Part shown: piece by piece, positions 49,171-58,798 of the stretch | Position numbering within the stretch: position 1 is the stretch's first letter | How the letters are laid out: the number at the start of each line of letters is the position of its first letter | Assembly (NCBI GenBank): GCA_964494105.1 | Contig: CAZBQI010000003.1 | Location: forward strand, 21,737 to 85,736 | DNA length: 64,000 nt | Source of the DNA: an uncultured Candidatus Saccharibacteria bacterium | GTDB taxonomy: Bacteria > Patescibacteriota > Saccharimonadia > CAZBQI01 | Direction of reading: 5' to 3' | The notes under the pieces: generated by a model | Databases searched by the model: none | Seen by the model: only the letters and a program-made list of their open reading frames with translations | What the model was told of the DNA's origin: nothing | Program-made: the position numbers and the translations under genes

Positions 49171-51898
49171 ATAGCTCTTGAAAGACTGGCATGTTCTGAA
49201 TTCTTCTTAGTGTTGTTGGTGCTTGGGTGTAGTCGATACTAACAGTTGCCGCTCCACTGTATAGCGCGGCATCAGTGACTTCTGCTGTGAATGTATAGTT
49301 GCCTGTGGCTGTGGGAGTATAGGTAGTTACAAAAGTACCACTTCCGTTGATGGCCGGTGAGTTTATTACCTGGCCGTTGTATTTAATTTCAAGCTTGTTA
49401 GCAATATGTGTGCCGCTACTAACGCTAGTGGTTATCTGGATTGTGTTACCAGATGTTTGTGCAGTTAAGCTCACTGTTGGTTTTACGTCAGTACATTTGT
49501 GCAAGTCGTCGGTTGCCGAACCGGCGGGCACATTGCCACCACCGCCGATACCCAGGCCGAGTGTAGCTCCCAGTTGCTGAACCGGCGGGTTCCAACGAGC
49601 AAAAGCCGGATCGCTGGGTGGAATCTCGGCCTCAAGTCCTTGCCCGGTAACTGTTTGTTTGGCGGCCTCGGGCGTACATGCCGTTGCAATCTTGTTTGAT
49701 ACTTTGTCGATTACTACCGTTTGACTACCTGCTGGTGGTTTGGCTGTGTACCAAGAAGGAAAAACATCGGTATGTCGCACACGAGTATTTGGCCCGGGCA
49801 TTTTGCCGGTGAAAGAATCAAGTGTAACCTGCTTAATGCCTGCGGGCTTATCGAACTGCTTATTTGGTACCCCTTCTAGTGCTTTCTTCATAAAGGCCGC
49901 CCAAGTTGTACCGGTTAAACGACTGGTAATACCTGACATGCTGCGGTTTTGTGTATGGCCAACCCAAACTCCAGTGACCAAATCAGGTGAATAGCCTATC
50001 ATCCAGCCGTCTTTATTTTTATCGGTAGTTCCGGTTTTAACTGCCGTTACATGGCCAGGTATGTTCATGTCCGGGTTGTTGCGACCAAACGTAGTTGTAC
50101 GGGTACTGTCGTCGCTGAGGATGTTATTAATTAAATACGAAACCTGGGGGTCTAGAACTCTTTTGCCTTTTGGATTTGAATTATCAATTAGAGTTTTGCC
50201 CTGAGGATTAGTGACTTTTAGAATCGGTGTTTGTGGATAGTGCATGCCACCGTTGGCAAATGATTGGTAAGCATTGACGTGATCTGCCAGTTTAATTTCA
50301 CCGGCGCCAAGCACCAGGCTTAACCCGAAATCACTTGGATTCTGCAGAGTGGTTATCCCCATGCTGTGGGCTGTATCTAAGGCTGCCTGCAAACCGACAA
50401 TATACAGCATTTTTACGGCTGGAATATTAAATGAGTTGTTTATTGCACTTCTTATGGTCATTTGGCCATGAAAGCGGTTGTCGTAGTTATTTGGAACGTA
50501 GCCGCCAAAATCGGTTCTGACGTCATACATAACGCTTCCTGGACCCCAGTTATTTGTTTTAAACCCAGTTGCATATACGTATGGCTTAAAGCTCGAACCC
50601 GGCTGTCTCCGTGCTAGTGCCGCATTAAATGTACCGAACTCCGGATAGTTGAAGTCCCGACTTCCAACCATAGCGAGGACTTGTCCGTTCTTTGGATCAC
50701 CAGCAACAAGCGCGATATTGTTTCCGCCGGCTCTATCTACCACACCAATACCATTTTTAACTGCTTCCTCGGCTTTTGCTTGTTTATCAAGATCAAGGGT
50801 AGTAATAACTTTTAGACCACCTTCGGTAACCTGCTTGTTGCCAAGTTTTTCTTCTAATACCGATTGGGCATGTAGCACAAAGTGGGGTGCGGTCATGTCA
50901 CGGTAGAGGTTGGGCGTATTGTTGACTTTGGCCAGAGTATCGGTAGCTTTAGCGGTTTTCGCCTGATCGGCTGTAATATAGCCTTGTTCTTGCATTTGAG
51001 TAATAACTAAATCACGACGGTTTTTGAGGTCTTCGGTATTTGCACCGTATGGAGAGTAGTAGCTTGGAGCTCTCGGTAGGGCCGCAAGCATGGCCGCCTC
51101 ATCAATCGTTAAGTCTTTGGCCGGTTTAGAAAAATACGTCTTTGAGGCCGCTTGTACGCCATAGGCCAATGTGCCGTAGGGTATTTCATTTAAATAAAGT
51201 TCTAGGATGTCGTCTTTGCTGTAGAGCTGCTCAATTTGAATCGATAAAATTAGCTCTTTTATTTTTCGAGAAAAGGTTCGCTCTGGCGATAACAAGGCAT
51301 TCTTGACGTACTGCTGGGTAATGGTAGAGCCACCCTGAATGGTATCGCTACTTTTAAAGACATTATTAACGGCAGCGCGCAGTATCCCAAAACTACTAAA
51401 AGCCCCATGATTATAAAAATCCTTATCTTCTATCGCAATTGTCGCGTGCTTGATGTTGTCGTTCATATCATTTAGGTCGACAACGGTGCGATTTTTATCG
51501 CCGTATACCTCATATAACAATTTTTGCCCTGTGCGGTCATAAAATCGAGTTGTTTGAGCGAGTCCAAGACTATTTACTTTACCCGGGCTCGGCAAGTCCT
51601 TGGCAAAGAACAGGAATAAACCGGCAATACTAATGAATAGCAATCCTGCGCTCACGCCGGCAATTTTGAGTGCTGTTATTTTACCTTCATGGGTAAACCA
51701 AAAATCGGTAAACCGTTTCGGATTCATGTACCACAGCCATCGGCGATACCATTTATTCGGTGGGTTCACATTGGCATGCGCGCGGAGTTTGCGTGCGACT
51801 CTAGCTGAGTCCGCAGTACTCTTGAAACGTTTTACCGGAGATTTTAGGATGCGCTTTATTCGACTCATAAGGTTGTTATATTCTACCCCAAATATCAC
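49148..51898 (-). CDS. class A penicillin-binding protein (transglycosylase plus transpeptidase) with C-terminal Ig-like extension
   Basis: GT51 motifs (IAIEDKDFYNHGA, GGSTITQQYVKN), transpeptidase SxxK/SxN/KTG (KTGTTD), and a C-terminal Thr/Gly-rich beta domain of about 170 aa. Confidence 0.9.
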   Translation of the reverse strand: MIFGVEYNNLMSRIKRILKSPVKRFKSTADSARVARKLRAHANVNPPNKWYRRWLWYMNPKRFTDFWFTHEGKITALKIAGVSAGLLFISIAGLFLFFAKDLPSPGKVNSLGLAQTTRFYDRTGQKLLYEVYGDKNRTVVDLNDMNDNIKHATIAIEDKDFYNHGAFSSFGILRAAVNNVFKSSDTIQGGSTITQQYVKNALLSPERTFSRKIKELILSIQIEQLYSKDDILELYLNEIPYGTLAYGVQAASKTYFSKPAKDLTIDEAAMLAALPRAPSYYSPYGANTEDLKNRRDLVITQMQEQGYITADQAKTAKATDTLAKVNNTPNLYRDMTAPHFVLHAQSVLEEKLGNKQVTEGGLKVITTLDLDKQAKAEEAVKNGIGVVDRAGGNNIALVAGDPKNGQVLAMVGSRDFNYPEFGTFNAALARRQPGSSFKPYVYATGFKTNNWGPGSVMYDVRTDFGGYVPNNYDNRFHGQMTIRSAINNSFNIPAVKMLYIVGLQAALDTAHSMGITTLQNPSDFGLSLVLGAGEIKLADHVNAYQSFANGGMHYPQTPILKVTNPQGKTLIDNSNPKGKRVLDPQVSYLINNILSDDSTRTTTFGRNNPDMNIPGHVTAVKTGTTDKNKDGWMIGYSPDLVTGVWVGHTQNRSMSGITSRLTGTTWAAFMKKALEGVPNKQFDKPAGIKQVTLDSFTGKMPGPNTRVRHTDVFPSWYTAKPPAGSQTVVIDKVSNKIATACTPEAAKQTVTGQGLEAEIPPSDPAFARWNPPVQQLGATLGLGIGGGGNVPAGSATDDLHKCTDVKPTVSLTAQTSGNTIQITTSVSSGTHIANKLEIKYNGQVINSPAINGSGTFVTTYTPTATGNYTFTAEVTDAALYSGAATVSIDYTQAPTTLRRIQNMPVFQELFNLFALF

Positions 51899-51984
51899 TC
51901 CATTATAGCGAAAAACTGGCCATTTTGGAACTGATTAGTCTATACTCATAAAGAATCGAACTACCCCTATAAAAATGGAGAGAC

Positions 51985-53160
51985 ATGAGTAATAATACCG
52001 AAATTTTAACCCGTCGAGTAGCCAATGTTCTCCCAGGTGGCGATGGACTGGCCAAATTAATGGCTAAGCGTAAGATTCGCCTTTACCAGGGTTTTGACGC
52101 TACGGCGCCTAGACTGCACCTAGGGCACGCCGTCGGGTTAAAAAAACTGATGGAATTCGCAGACGCCGGCCATGAGGTAATTTTTCTTTTCGGCACTGGT
52201 ACAGTAGTTGTAGGTGATCCCTCACAGCGCGATACTGGCCGAAAGCTCATTACTCAAGAGGAGATTGATACAAACATCAAAGACTGGCAGCGCCAAGCAG
52301 CTAAGGTTGTTGATCTTAAAAAAGTTCAAGTTAAGCGCAATGGAGATTGGCTGCTTAAGCTTGGTTTAACAGATATAGTTAAGATTGCTTCAAATATTTC
52401 TGCAATTCAGTTATTTAAACGCGATTCGTTTCAGCGCCGGCTTGATAAGGGTGAAACAGTTTGGTATCACGAAACCATGTACCCGCTTTTACAGGGTTAT
52501 GACTCAGTAGTTATGGATGTTGATCTTGAAATTGGTGGAACTGATCAGGAATTTAACATGCTTATTGGCCGTGAACTACAGAAGAAAATGAACCATAAAG
52601 ACAAGTACGTTCTAACAGTGCCTATGATTGTAGGAACAGATGGACAGCCGATGAGTAAAAGTCGTGGCAACTGCGTGTGGTTAGATGACGAGCCAAACGA
52701 AATGTATGGAAAGCTCATGCGTCTGCCAGACAGCGAAGTTATGAGTTACTTTACTAATGTTACCGATGTTTCGTATGAGGAACTTAAATTGCTCGAGGCA
52801 GACCTAAAAGCAGGTATAAATCCACGCGATATCAAAGCACGGCTGGCGAGCGAAGTCGTTGCAATGTTGCACGGCCAGGAGGCTGCTACAGCTGCTGCTA
52901 GCGCTTTTGACGCTCAGTTTAAGGATGGCAATATTCCAGCCGATATTCCCGAAATAGCGCTCTCTAAAGCCAATTGGACGCCTGCAGAGCTACTTACGGA
53001 AGCAAAACTAGTGAATAGTAAATCCGAAGCCAGAAGAGTTATAGAGCAAAACGGCGCTAAGTTGAATGGTGAAACTATAAAAGACAAAGAAATCGCAGTT
53101 AAGTCTGGCGATGTGCTTCAGGTAGGCAAGCGAAAATTTGTAAAAATTAGTACTAAATAA
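51985..53160 (+). CDS. tyrS: tyrosine--tRNA ligase
   Basis: HLGH (PRLHLGHAVG), KMSKS (PMSKSRGN) and a C-terminal S4 domain. Confidence 0.95.
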   Translation: MSNNTEILTRRVANVLPGGDGLAKLMAKRKIRLYQGFDATAPRLHLGHAVGLKKLMEFADAGHEVIFLFGTGTVVVGDPSQRDTGRKLITQEEIDTNIKDWQRQAAKVVDLKKVQVKRNGDWLLKLGLTDIVKIASNISAIQLFKRDSFQRRLDKGETVWYHETMYPLLQGYDSVVMDVDLEIGGTDQEFNMLIGRELQKKMNHKDKYVLTVPMIVGTDGQPMSKSRGNCVWLDDEPNEMYGKLMRLPDSEVMSYFTNVTDVSYEELKLLEADLKAGINPRDIKARLASEVVAMLHGQEAATAAASAFDAQFKDGNIPADIPEIALSKANWTPAELLTEAKLVNSKSEARRVIEQNGAKLNGETIKDKEIAVKSGDVLQVGKRKFVKISTK

Positions 53161-53215
53161 TACTATTGCAAATAAGTACATAATATAGTAGAGTATCTCC
53201 ATATAAGGGGATTGT

Positions 53216-54859
53216 ATGTCTGATATTCCGGGAGCAAATATGGGTGCGGGTGAAATCGTCGCTGGTAGCCGGCCAGAATTAGCATTCCGTACCAGTAGTA
53301 GCGAATTTGAGCAGGGTCATCAAGTGGTAGAAATACCGCTAATTCGAAGTGATCTTGAGTTAACCGCAACAACACAAATAGTTAGGCCAAACGGAGAGGT
53401 TATTGACCCTCTAGGTACAGATGAGCAGCGATTTGAAGCAGTGCGCTCGACTGGTGCGGACCTTAGTTATACATTGAGGTCTAGCGAGGAGACACCAACA
53501 TTCCTGACTGCCCTCAGGGCTTATGACGGTTGGAGATATTCGCGTACTAGTGAGGTAGCAACCGCACCGCTTGAAGGTAACGAGGCTAATGGCTATCGCC
53601 CTCAGCACGTGTTTGAAATACCTCTGAGCGCAGTTAATTTTAGTGGCTTAGCAAGCAGTATTATGTCTACAGGTGACCGCGCTATTTATGCACACACGGA
53701 AGACCTAAACCCAGATGGTTCAGACGCTCATATTGGAGTGGCAATGTACGGCGTTGATATCTCTACAGATGGGATTTCTATTTCAGCCGTCGAGCCTGAT
53801 GATGCTGGAGAGCTTCATGTGGCAAAAATAACTGCAGAAGACTCAAGTAAGCGCAGTGGCGTTGATTTATATCTTGAGCTAAACGAAGCCGAAGATACAC
53901 TAAGAATTATAATCCAAAGCGCAAGTGAACAGCTTATCTCAAAAATAGCCTCGCGCGTTGCCAGAGTGTATGCCGGAGGAGTAGGTTCCATTACTGGGAA
54001 TAGATTAGGTGACTATACCCAACCGCTTAAAGATGCACTACCGGGGCGAATTAAGTATGTACCATTTCAAGATAGAGTTGTTAGTAGCCGGGAAGCTGAG
54101 ATTAAGCGTCGACTAATGGATGGCTATAGGCCTGACCAAGGTATTGAATGGCCAAAGTTACCAGAAATACCCTGGGGAACCCTAGGTAAAATTGGTGGTG
54201 TAGTTGCCGTAATCGCTTTGTTAAGTATGCTGCGTTCATGTGATTTCGATTTTGATTTTAGTGGTCCTGAGCCAAAGGCGCAGGCACCCGACTTGCTTAG
54301 TTGTGCTGCAACGGACTTTGAAGTACCAGGTGACTTTTCATCTCAAGTTGCAAATATGACGCCGGATGAGTTTACCGAAAGTCTACGCCGACAAGGTTTG
54401 AGTGCGGCGGATGCAGACGAATTACAGCAGTTAGCCGGTGTCGTATTAAGCCTTGATGGAGAGAGCGAAACCACAAGTCAATTGAATGCGTTAAATGCGC
54501 TTGGTGTAATCGCTGACCACGCTCAGAATATCGATAGTGGTTCTTTATTGGAAGAGAAAACCGGTGTCTTGGTAACTGCTGTGTGTCATATTAATGGCTT
54601 GCCACTACATAAAAGCTTTACAGTTGAGGCAAGTGGACCATGGTTACTAAGTTCATTGCATGATTTAGACACAGAGGGCGTTTTAAGCGAACAACAAAAA
54701 GTCGCTATTGTCCGATTACTAATGGCTGTGAGAAATCCGGTCGAAATGGACCCAGATACCAATGGCAACCCAACCATCAGCGATTGGCAGGGAATTACAA
54801 CCGAAAATAGCCACATTCAGGTTGGCCAAAACGGCCGAGTTGCCATTTTCCCTAATTAA
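53216..54859 (+). CDS. hypothetical bitopic membrane protein (547 aa)
   Basis: No signal peptide. One central TM helix (LGKIGGVVAVIALLSML) between two soluble domains of 310 and 210 aa. Acidic; no known motif. Confidence 0.45.
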   Translation: MSDIPGANMGAGEIVAGSRPELAFRTSSSEFEQGHQVVEIPLIRSDLELTATTQIVRPNGEVIDPLGTDEQRFEAVRSTGADLSYTLRSSEETPTFLTALRAYDGWRYSRTSEVATAPLEGNEANGYRPQHVFEIPLSAVNFSGLASSIMSTGDRAIYAHTEDLNPDGSDAHIGVAMYGVDISTDGISISAVEPDDAGELHVAKITAEDSSKRSGVDLYLELNEAEDTLRIIIQSASEQLISKIASRVARVYAGGVGSITGNRLGDYTQPLKDALPGRIKYVPFQDRVVSSREAEIKRRLMDGYRPDQGIEWPKLPEIPWGTLGKIGGVVAVIALLSMLRSCDFDFDFSGPEPKAQAPDLLSCAATDFEVPGDFSSQVANMTPDEFTESLRRQGLSAADADELQQLAGVVLSLDGESETTSQLNALNALGVIADHAQNIDSGSLLEEKTGVLVTAVCHINGLPLHKSFTVEASGPWLLSSLHDLDTEGVLSEQQKVAIVRLLMAVRNPVEMDPDTNGNPTISDWQGITTENSHIQVGQNGRVAIFPN

Positions 54860-55062
54860 AAAGAGTCTTCTGATAAGCCCAAGGTTGGAATCGAGTTTTA
54901 GTAAAGCGAAAACGGGAACGACACAGCCCAAGCATTAGCGATTGATAAGATTTACCTGCAACTACGAAATTAAATCGTAACTCACAAACTGGAGTGTTCT
55001 CGCTCGAGCCAGCTTTACATTAATCCGTGTAATAGCTAATTAGCTGTAAAATAAAAGCAATA

Positions 55063-57090
55063 ATGAAGTTGTCTGACGAAGTGAAGTTTCTAAAAGGTGT
55101 TGGTAATGCGCAAGCTAATAAATTAGCTAAGCTCGGCATTGTGAGTGTCGAGGACCTAATAAATCACTACCCACGACGTTATGATGATTTTTCGCAAATA
55201 ACTCCAATTTCTGAACTTAAGCCTGGACAGGTAACTGTAAAAGGGGAAATTACACGCTCTGCTATGCGTAGGTCTCGTCGCGGTACCTCTATTACAGAGG
55301 CACTAATTGAAGATGGCTCCTCAGCCGTAAAAGCCGTTTGGTTCAACCAGCCATATCTGGCAAAGAGTTTACTCAAAAATGAACCGGTTTATGTCTCTGG
55401 CGTTCTAGAATTTAAATATAATCAGTTTGCGCTACAGAGTCCAAGCGTAGAGCGCGTAAGCGATTTTCCCAAAAATACAGCCCGAATAGTACCTGTATAT
55501 GGTGAAACTGCCGGTTTAAGCACAAAGCAGATTAGAAGCTTAATTCTGCAAGTAATTCCAGCAATAAAGAAACAGCCAGAGAATTTGCCAGCAGAAGTGG
55601 TTAAGGCCTCAAAACTCATGAGTCATGCAGAAGCATTGACACAAATACACTATCCAGAGAGTAATAAACTACTTGATGAAGCCAAAAGACGCATTGCTTT
55701 CGAGGAATTATTCTTCTTAATTCTAACTGGGCTAATTATTAAGCGCGAAGTTAAAACGGAATCTAGTGTGCAGATTGCCTTTAAAGAGGACGCTGCCAAG
55801 GCTTTTACGTTGAAATTACCGTTTAAGCTAACCAACGCGCAGCGCAAAAGCGCTTGGGATATTCTGCAAGATATTGATAGCAAAAGTCCTATGAATAGGT
55901 TACTCGAAGGTGATGTTGGTAGTGGAAAAACAGTGGTGGCGGCTATGGCAATGGAAATGGCCTTAGCAAATGGCTACCAGAGCGTATTAATGGCACCTAC
56001 CGAGGTTTTGGCCAGGCAACATTTAGCTACATTTACTAATTTAAAGTTGTTTGGCAAGCAGGTTGTGTTTTTGGCTTCAGGTGTATCAAAAAATGAAAAA
56101 GGCGAGGTTTATCAGTCACTCCAATCAGGCGAAGCAAGCATCGCTATTGGCACGCATGCATTGCTAGAGGACACAGTTAAGTTTAAAAATCTCGGACTGG
56201 TAATTATTGATGAACAGCATCGGTTTGGTGTTAAGCAGCGTCAAGCGCTAAGAGCGAAAGCCAAGCACCAACCTCATTTATTGGCTATGAGCGCTACGCC
56301 GATCCCGCGAAGTCTGGCATTGACTGTTTATGGTGACTTAGATGTAACTGTTATTAACGAGATGCCACCGGGGCGCATGCCAGTGGAAACAAACATCGCT
56401 ACAACCTATCAGCGTGATGAGGTCTATACGCACATTGATGCTGAAATAAACAAAGGCAGGCAGGTGTTCGTAATTTGTCCAATGATCTCGGATTCCGACA
56501 CGCTAGGAGTAAAAAGCGTAGAGTCTGAAGCCAATCGGTTAAAGAGAGGCATATTCAGGCACCGAAAAATAGCAGTCGTACACGGCAAAATGAAGCCAGC
56601 CGAAAAACAGCAGGTGATGGATGATTTTAAGGGTCGAAAGTCAGATATATTGGTCGCAACAACTGTGATTGAAGTTGGTGTAGATATACCCAATGCCACC
56701 ATTATGTTAGTTGAAGGCGCAGAGCGCTTTGGCTTGGCTACACTACATCAGTTACGTGGTCGAGTTGGCCGCGGTAAAGCTAAGGGTTACTGCTACTTAA
56801 TTTCAAGTGTCGATAGGCAATCAAGGCAGCGACTTGAGCTTCTAGAGCAGTACAAGGATGGATTCGTTTTAGCGCAAAAAGACCTCGAACTCAGGGGTCC
56901 GGGCCAATTATATGGGCAGTTGCAGCATGGGCTGCTAGATTTACGCATGGCCGATATTGGCGATACCAAACTTATTGCCGAAGTGCGAAAGAGTGCGCAG
57001 AGTTTCATAGAAGCAAATGCAAGTCTGGTAAAATACCCACAAGTATTGGAGCGAGTGAACAAACTAAAAAACCTAACCTCACTTGATTAA
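55063..57090 (+). CDS. recG: ATP-dependent DNA helicase RecG
   Basis: Wedge/OB N-terminal domain and SF2 helicase motifs (GDVGSGKTVVA, DEQHRFG, SATPIPR). Confidence 0.95.
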   Translation: MKLSDEVKFLKGVGNAQANKLAKLGIVSVEDLINHYPRRYDDFSQITPISELKPGQVTVKGEITRSAMRRSRRGTSITEALIEDGSSAVKAVWFNQPYLAKSLLKNEPVYVSGVLEFKYNQFALQSPSVERVSDFPKNTARIVPVYGETAGLSTKQIRSLILQVIPAIKKQPENLPAEVVKASKLMSHAEALTQIHYPESNKLLDEAKRRIAFEELFFLILTGLIIKREVKTESSVQIAFKEDAAKAFTLKLPFKLTNAQRKSAWDILQDIDSKSPMNRLLEGDVGSGKTVVAAMAMEMALANGYQSVLMAPTEVLARQHLATFTNLKLFGKQVVFLASGVSKNEKGEVYQSLQSGEASIAIGTHALLEDTVKFKNLGLVIIDEQHRFGVKQRQALRAKAKHQPHLLAMSATPIPRSLALTVYGDLDVTVINEMPPGRMPVETNIATTYQRDEVYTHIDAEINKGRQVFVICPMISDSDTLGVKSVESEANRLKRGIFRHRKIAVVHGKMKPAEKQQVMDDFKGRKSDILVATTVIEVGVDIPNATIMLVEGAERFGLATLHQLRGRVGRGKAKGYCYLISSVDRQSRQRLELLEQYKDGFVLAQKDLELRGPGQLYGQLQHGLLDLRMADIGDTKLIAEVRKSAQSFIEANASLVKYPQVLERVNKLKNLTSLD

Positions 57091-57093
57091 TTA

Positions 57094-57924
57094 ATGTATC
57101 CAGGCCTGACACTCACTAAACATTCCGGTAGTTGGATTGGCGCCCACCAGCGGCTGAATCGCATTGCTTATCGAGTAATCGCTCCGGAAGTGAAAGCTAA
57201 ATCATTTCCGGCACTTAAGCAAATAAACTATTTTGAGGGTACGAATGGCCCGGACGGCTTGAAACGAAAATCCTCGGGCAAGCACGAACCACTGCATTTT
57301 TATGATCCGGCAACCGACAAGGGGGGCGTGAAAGCTGAAATTACCAACCACTACAATCAGCTTGTAATCGCCTTGAAACAGCGCGACGGTATTCGCTCAG
57401 CATTCGAGGCTAGCTGGTTGGCTCATGCTGTTACTGACGGCTTAACACCGGCACACCATTACCCGTACGTTGAAAAGATGAACGAATTGCTAGAAAACAG
57501 CAATCACGAGGTTAATCGGTTTAAAGACAAGGCAATTGTGCACGGCAACACCAAGCGTGAGACGGTAAAGCAGACGTGGAAGTTGGTAGGTTCAAAGGGG
57601 TTAATTTCGATGCATGCCCATTTTGAAATCGGTTTTTCCGCGGTTTTACTTGGCAAAAAAATAACCGTTCGTTTGGATCGGCTAGAGCTTGAGAGAGCCC
57701 GAAAGATCGGGGCACTTGGGTTTTTTAAAGAACAGGCAAGAATGGTAGCAGAGTTAAAAATGTACGAACGTTTTTATCAAAAAGCTTGGACAGTCGGTTT
57801 GGCTCGTCAGGCACGTAATGTCCTGGCGCCCACTATTGCTCAAACAGTAGCCATTATATGGTTGTTAGCTTACGAAGAGGCCGGGTATCAGCTAAAGAGT
57901 TCTCTTCTCGGAAGAATAGGGTAA
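57094..57924 (+). CDS. zinc-dependent phospholipase C / S1-P1 nuclease superfamily-like protein, tentative
   Basis: AHAVTDGLTPAHH fits the HxxxDxxxPxH zinc-ligand motif of the PLC/P1-nuclease fold, with additional conserved His residues. Otherwise unannotatable. Confidence 0.35.
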   Translation: MYPGLTLTKHSGSWIGAHQRLNRIAYRVIAPEVKAKSFPALKQINYFEGTNGPDGLKRKSSGKHEPLHFYDPATDKGGVKAEITNHYNQLVIALKQRDGIRSAFEASWLAHAVTDGLTPAHHYPYVEKMNELLENSNHEVNRFKDKAIVHGNTKRETVKQTWKLVGSKGLISMHAHFEIGFSAVLLGKKITVRLDRLELERARKIGALGFFKEQARMVAELKMYERFYQKAWTVGLARQARNVLAPTIAQTVAIIWLLAYEEAGYQLKSSLLGRIG

Positions 57925-57930
57925 GGGGCG

Positions 57931-58467
57931 GTGCGTATTACCGGTGGTGAACTGCGCGGACAAGAGATATCATTTCCAAAAAGCGATAAGACTCGACCGC
58001 TAACTGATCGTGGAAGGTCTGGACTATTTAGCGCTCTTGGTGATGTTTCAGATTTAAAGATGATAGACGCGTATGCTGGTAGCGGCGCGGTTGGTTTAGA
58101 TGCCATTAGCCGTGGAGTTAAGCATGTAATTGGTATCGAAAAATATTATGCTATAGCACAAAATTTGTCTAAGAATATACAGAAATTGCAATGCAAAGAC
58201 AAATATTCGTTAGAGCAAATGACGGTTGAAAAATGGGCGAGAGTAAATACTGAAAAACACGGCGATTTTGACCTTATTTTTGCCGGTCCACCGTTTGAAC
58301 AACTAAGCGTTAGCGAACTTAATTTATTGGTGCCATATCTTAGGAAGGGTGGCATGTTAGTGGTTGAGCATTATAAGAAATTACCAATATCGGAATTGAC
58401 CGGCGCAGTTCACCTGGATAACCGTCAATTCGGTGAAAGTGTATTAAGCTTTTACCGTAAACAGTAA
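57931..58467 (+). CDS. rsmD: 16S rRNA (guanine966-N2)-methyltransferase
   Basis: Size and motifs (DAYAGSGAVGLDAISRG, FAGPPF) match RsmD. GTG start with AAGGGG RBS. Confidence 0.8.
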   Translation: MRITGGELRGQEISFPKSDKTRPLTDRGRSGLFSALGDVSDLKMIDAYAGSGAVGLDAISRGVKHVIGIEKYYAIAQNLSKNIQKLQCKDKYSLEQMTVEKWARVNTEKHGDFDLIFAGPPFEQLSVSELNLLVPYLRKGGMLVVEHYKKLPISELTGAVHLDNRQFGESVLSFYRKQ

Positions 58468-58496
58468 ATAATCTATAATCAATTAAGTTGGTGCTA

Positions 58497-58583
58497 GCCG
58501 CGGTGGCGGAATTGGCAGACGCGCTAGGTTTAGGACCTAGTGAGGTTACACTCGTGAGAGTTCGAGTCTCTCCCGCGGCACCA
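58497..58583 (+). tRNA. tRNA-Leu (anticodon TAG), type II with long variable arm and encoded CCA
   Basis: 7-bp acceptor stem GCCGCGG/CCGCGGC. Anticodon stem CTAGG/CCTAG with loop TTTAGGA. T arm GAGAG-TTCGAGT-CTCTC. Discriminator A plus CCA. TATAAT at 58474-58479 lies upstream. Confidence 0.85.
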
Positions 58584-58711
58584 TTGACAAACATAGTATT
58601 TATGTTTATTATTACTTTTATGTTAAAACTTACAGCTAATCAGTTGCATGCACATATCGAGCCGGAGGCTATTGGCTAGATATTCCTATTGTAATTTTTT
58701 GGATACATTTC

Positions 58712-58736
58712 GCCGGTAGCAACACCGGCTTTTTTT
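58712..58736 (+). terminator. rho-independent terminator (GCCGGT-agcaac-ACCGGC followed by T7)
   Basis: 6-bp GC-rich stem with a 6-nt loop, followed by TTTTTTT at 58730-58736. Downstream of tRNA-Leu. Confidence 0.6.
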
Positions 58737-58738
58737 AT

Positions 58739-58761
58739 GCCCTGATTCATTGAATCAGGGC
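58739..58761 (+). terminator. second hairpin (10-bp stem GCCCTGATTC/GAATCAGGGC) with weak U-tract
   Basis: Perfect 10-bp inverted repeat immediately after the first terminator, followed by GTTTGTATT. Confidence 0.35.
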
Positions 58762-58798
58762 GTTTGTATTCAATTAATTTAACAAGAAGGAATTTATA

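Noticed and set aside
51899-51984. Possible T-box riboswitch leaders upstream of tyrS (and hisS at 60808-60841)
   Set aside because: The leaders are only about 85 nt and about 35 nt. That is far too short for a T-box (over 200 nt), and no specifier or T-box consensus is visible.
58488-58679. 63-aa ORF overlapping the tRNA-Leu gene
   Set aside because: The sequence folds into a canonical type-II tRNA with CCA. The ORF is a by-product of the GC-rich tRNA sequence.
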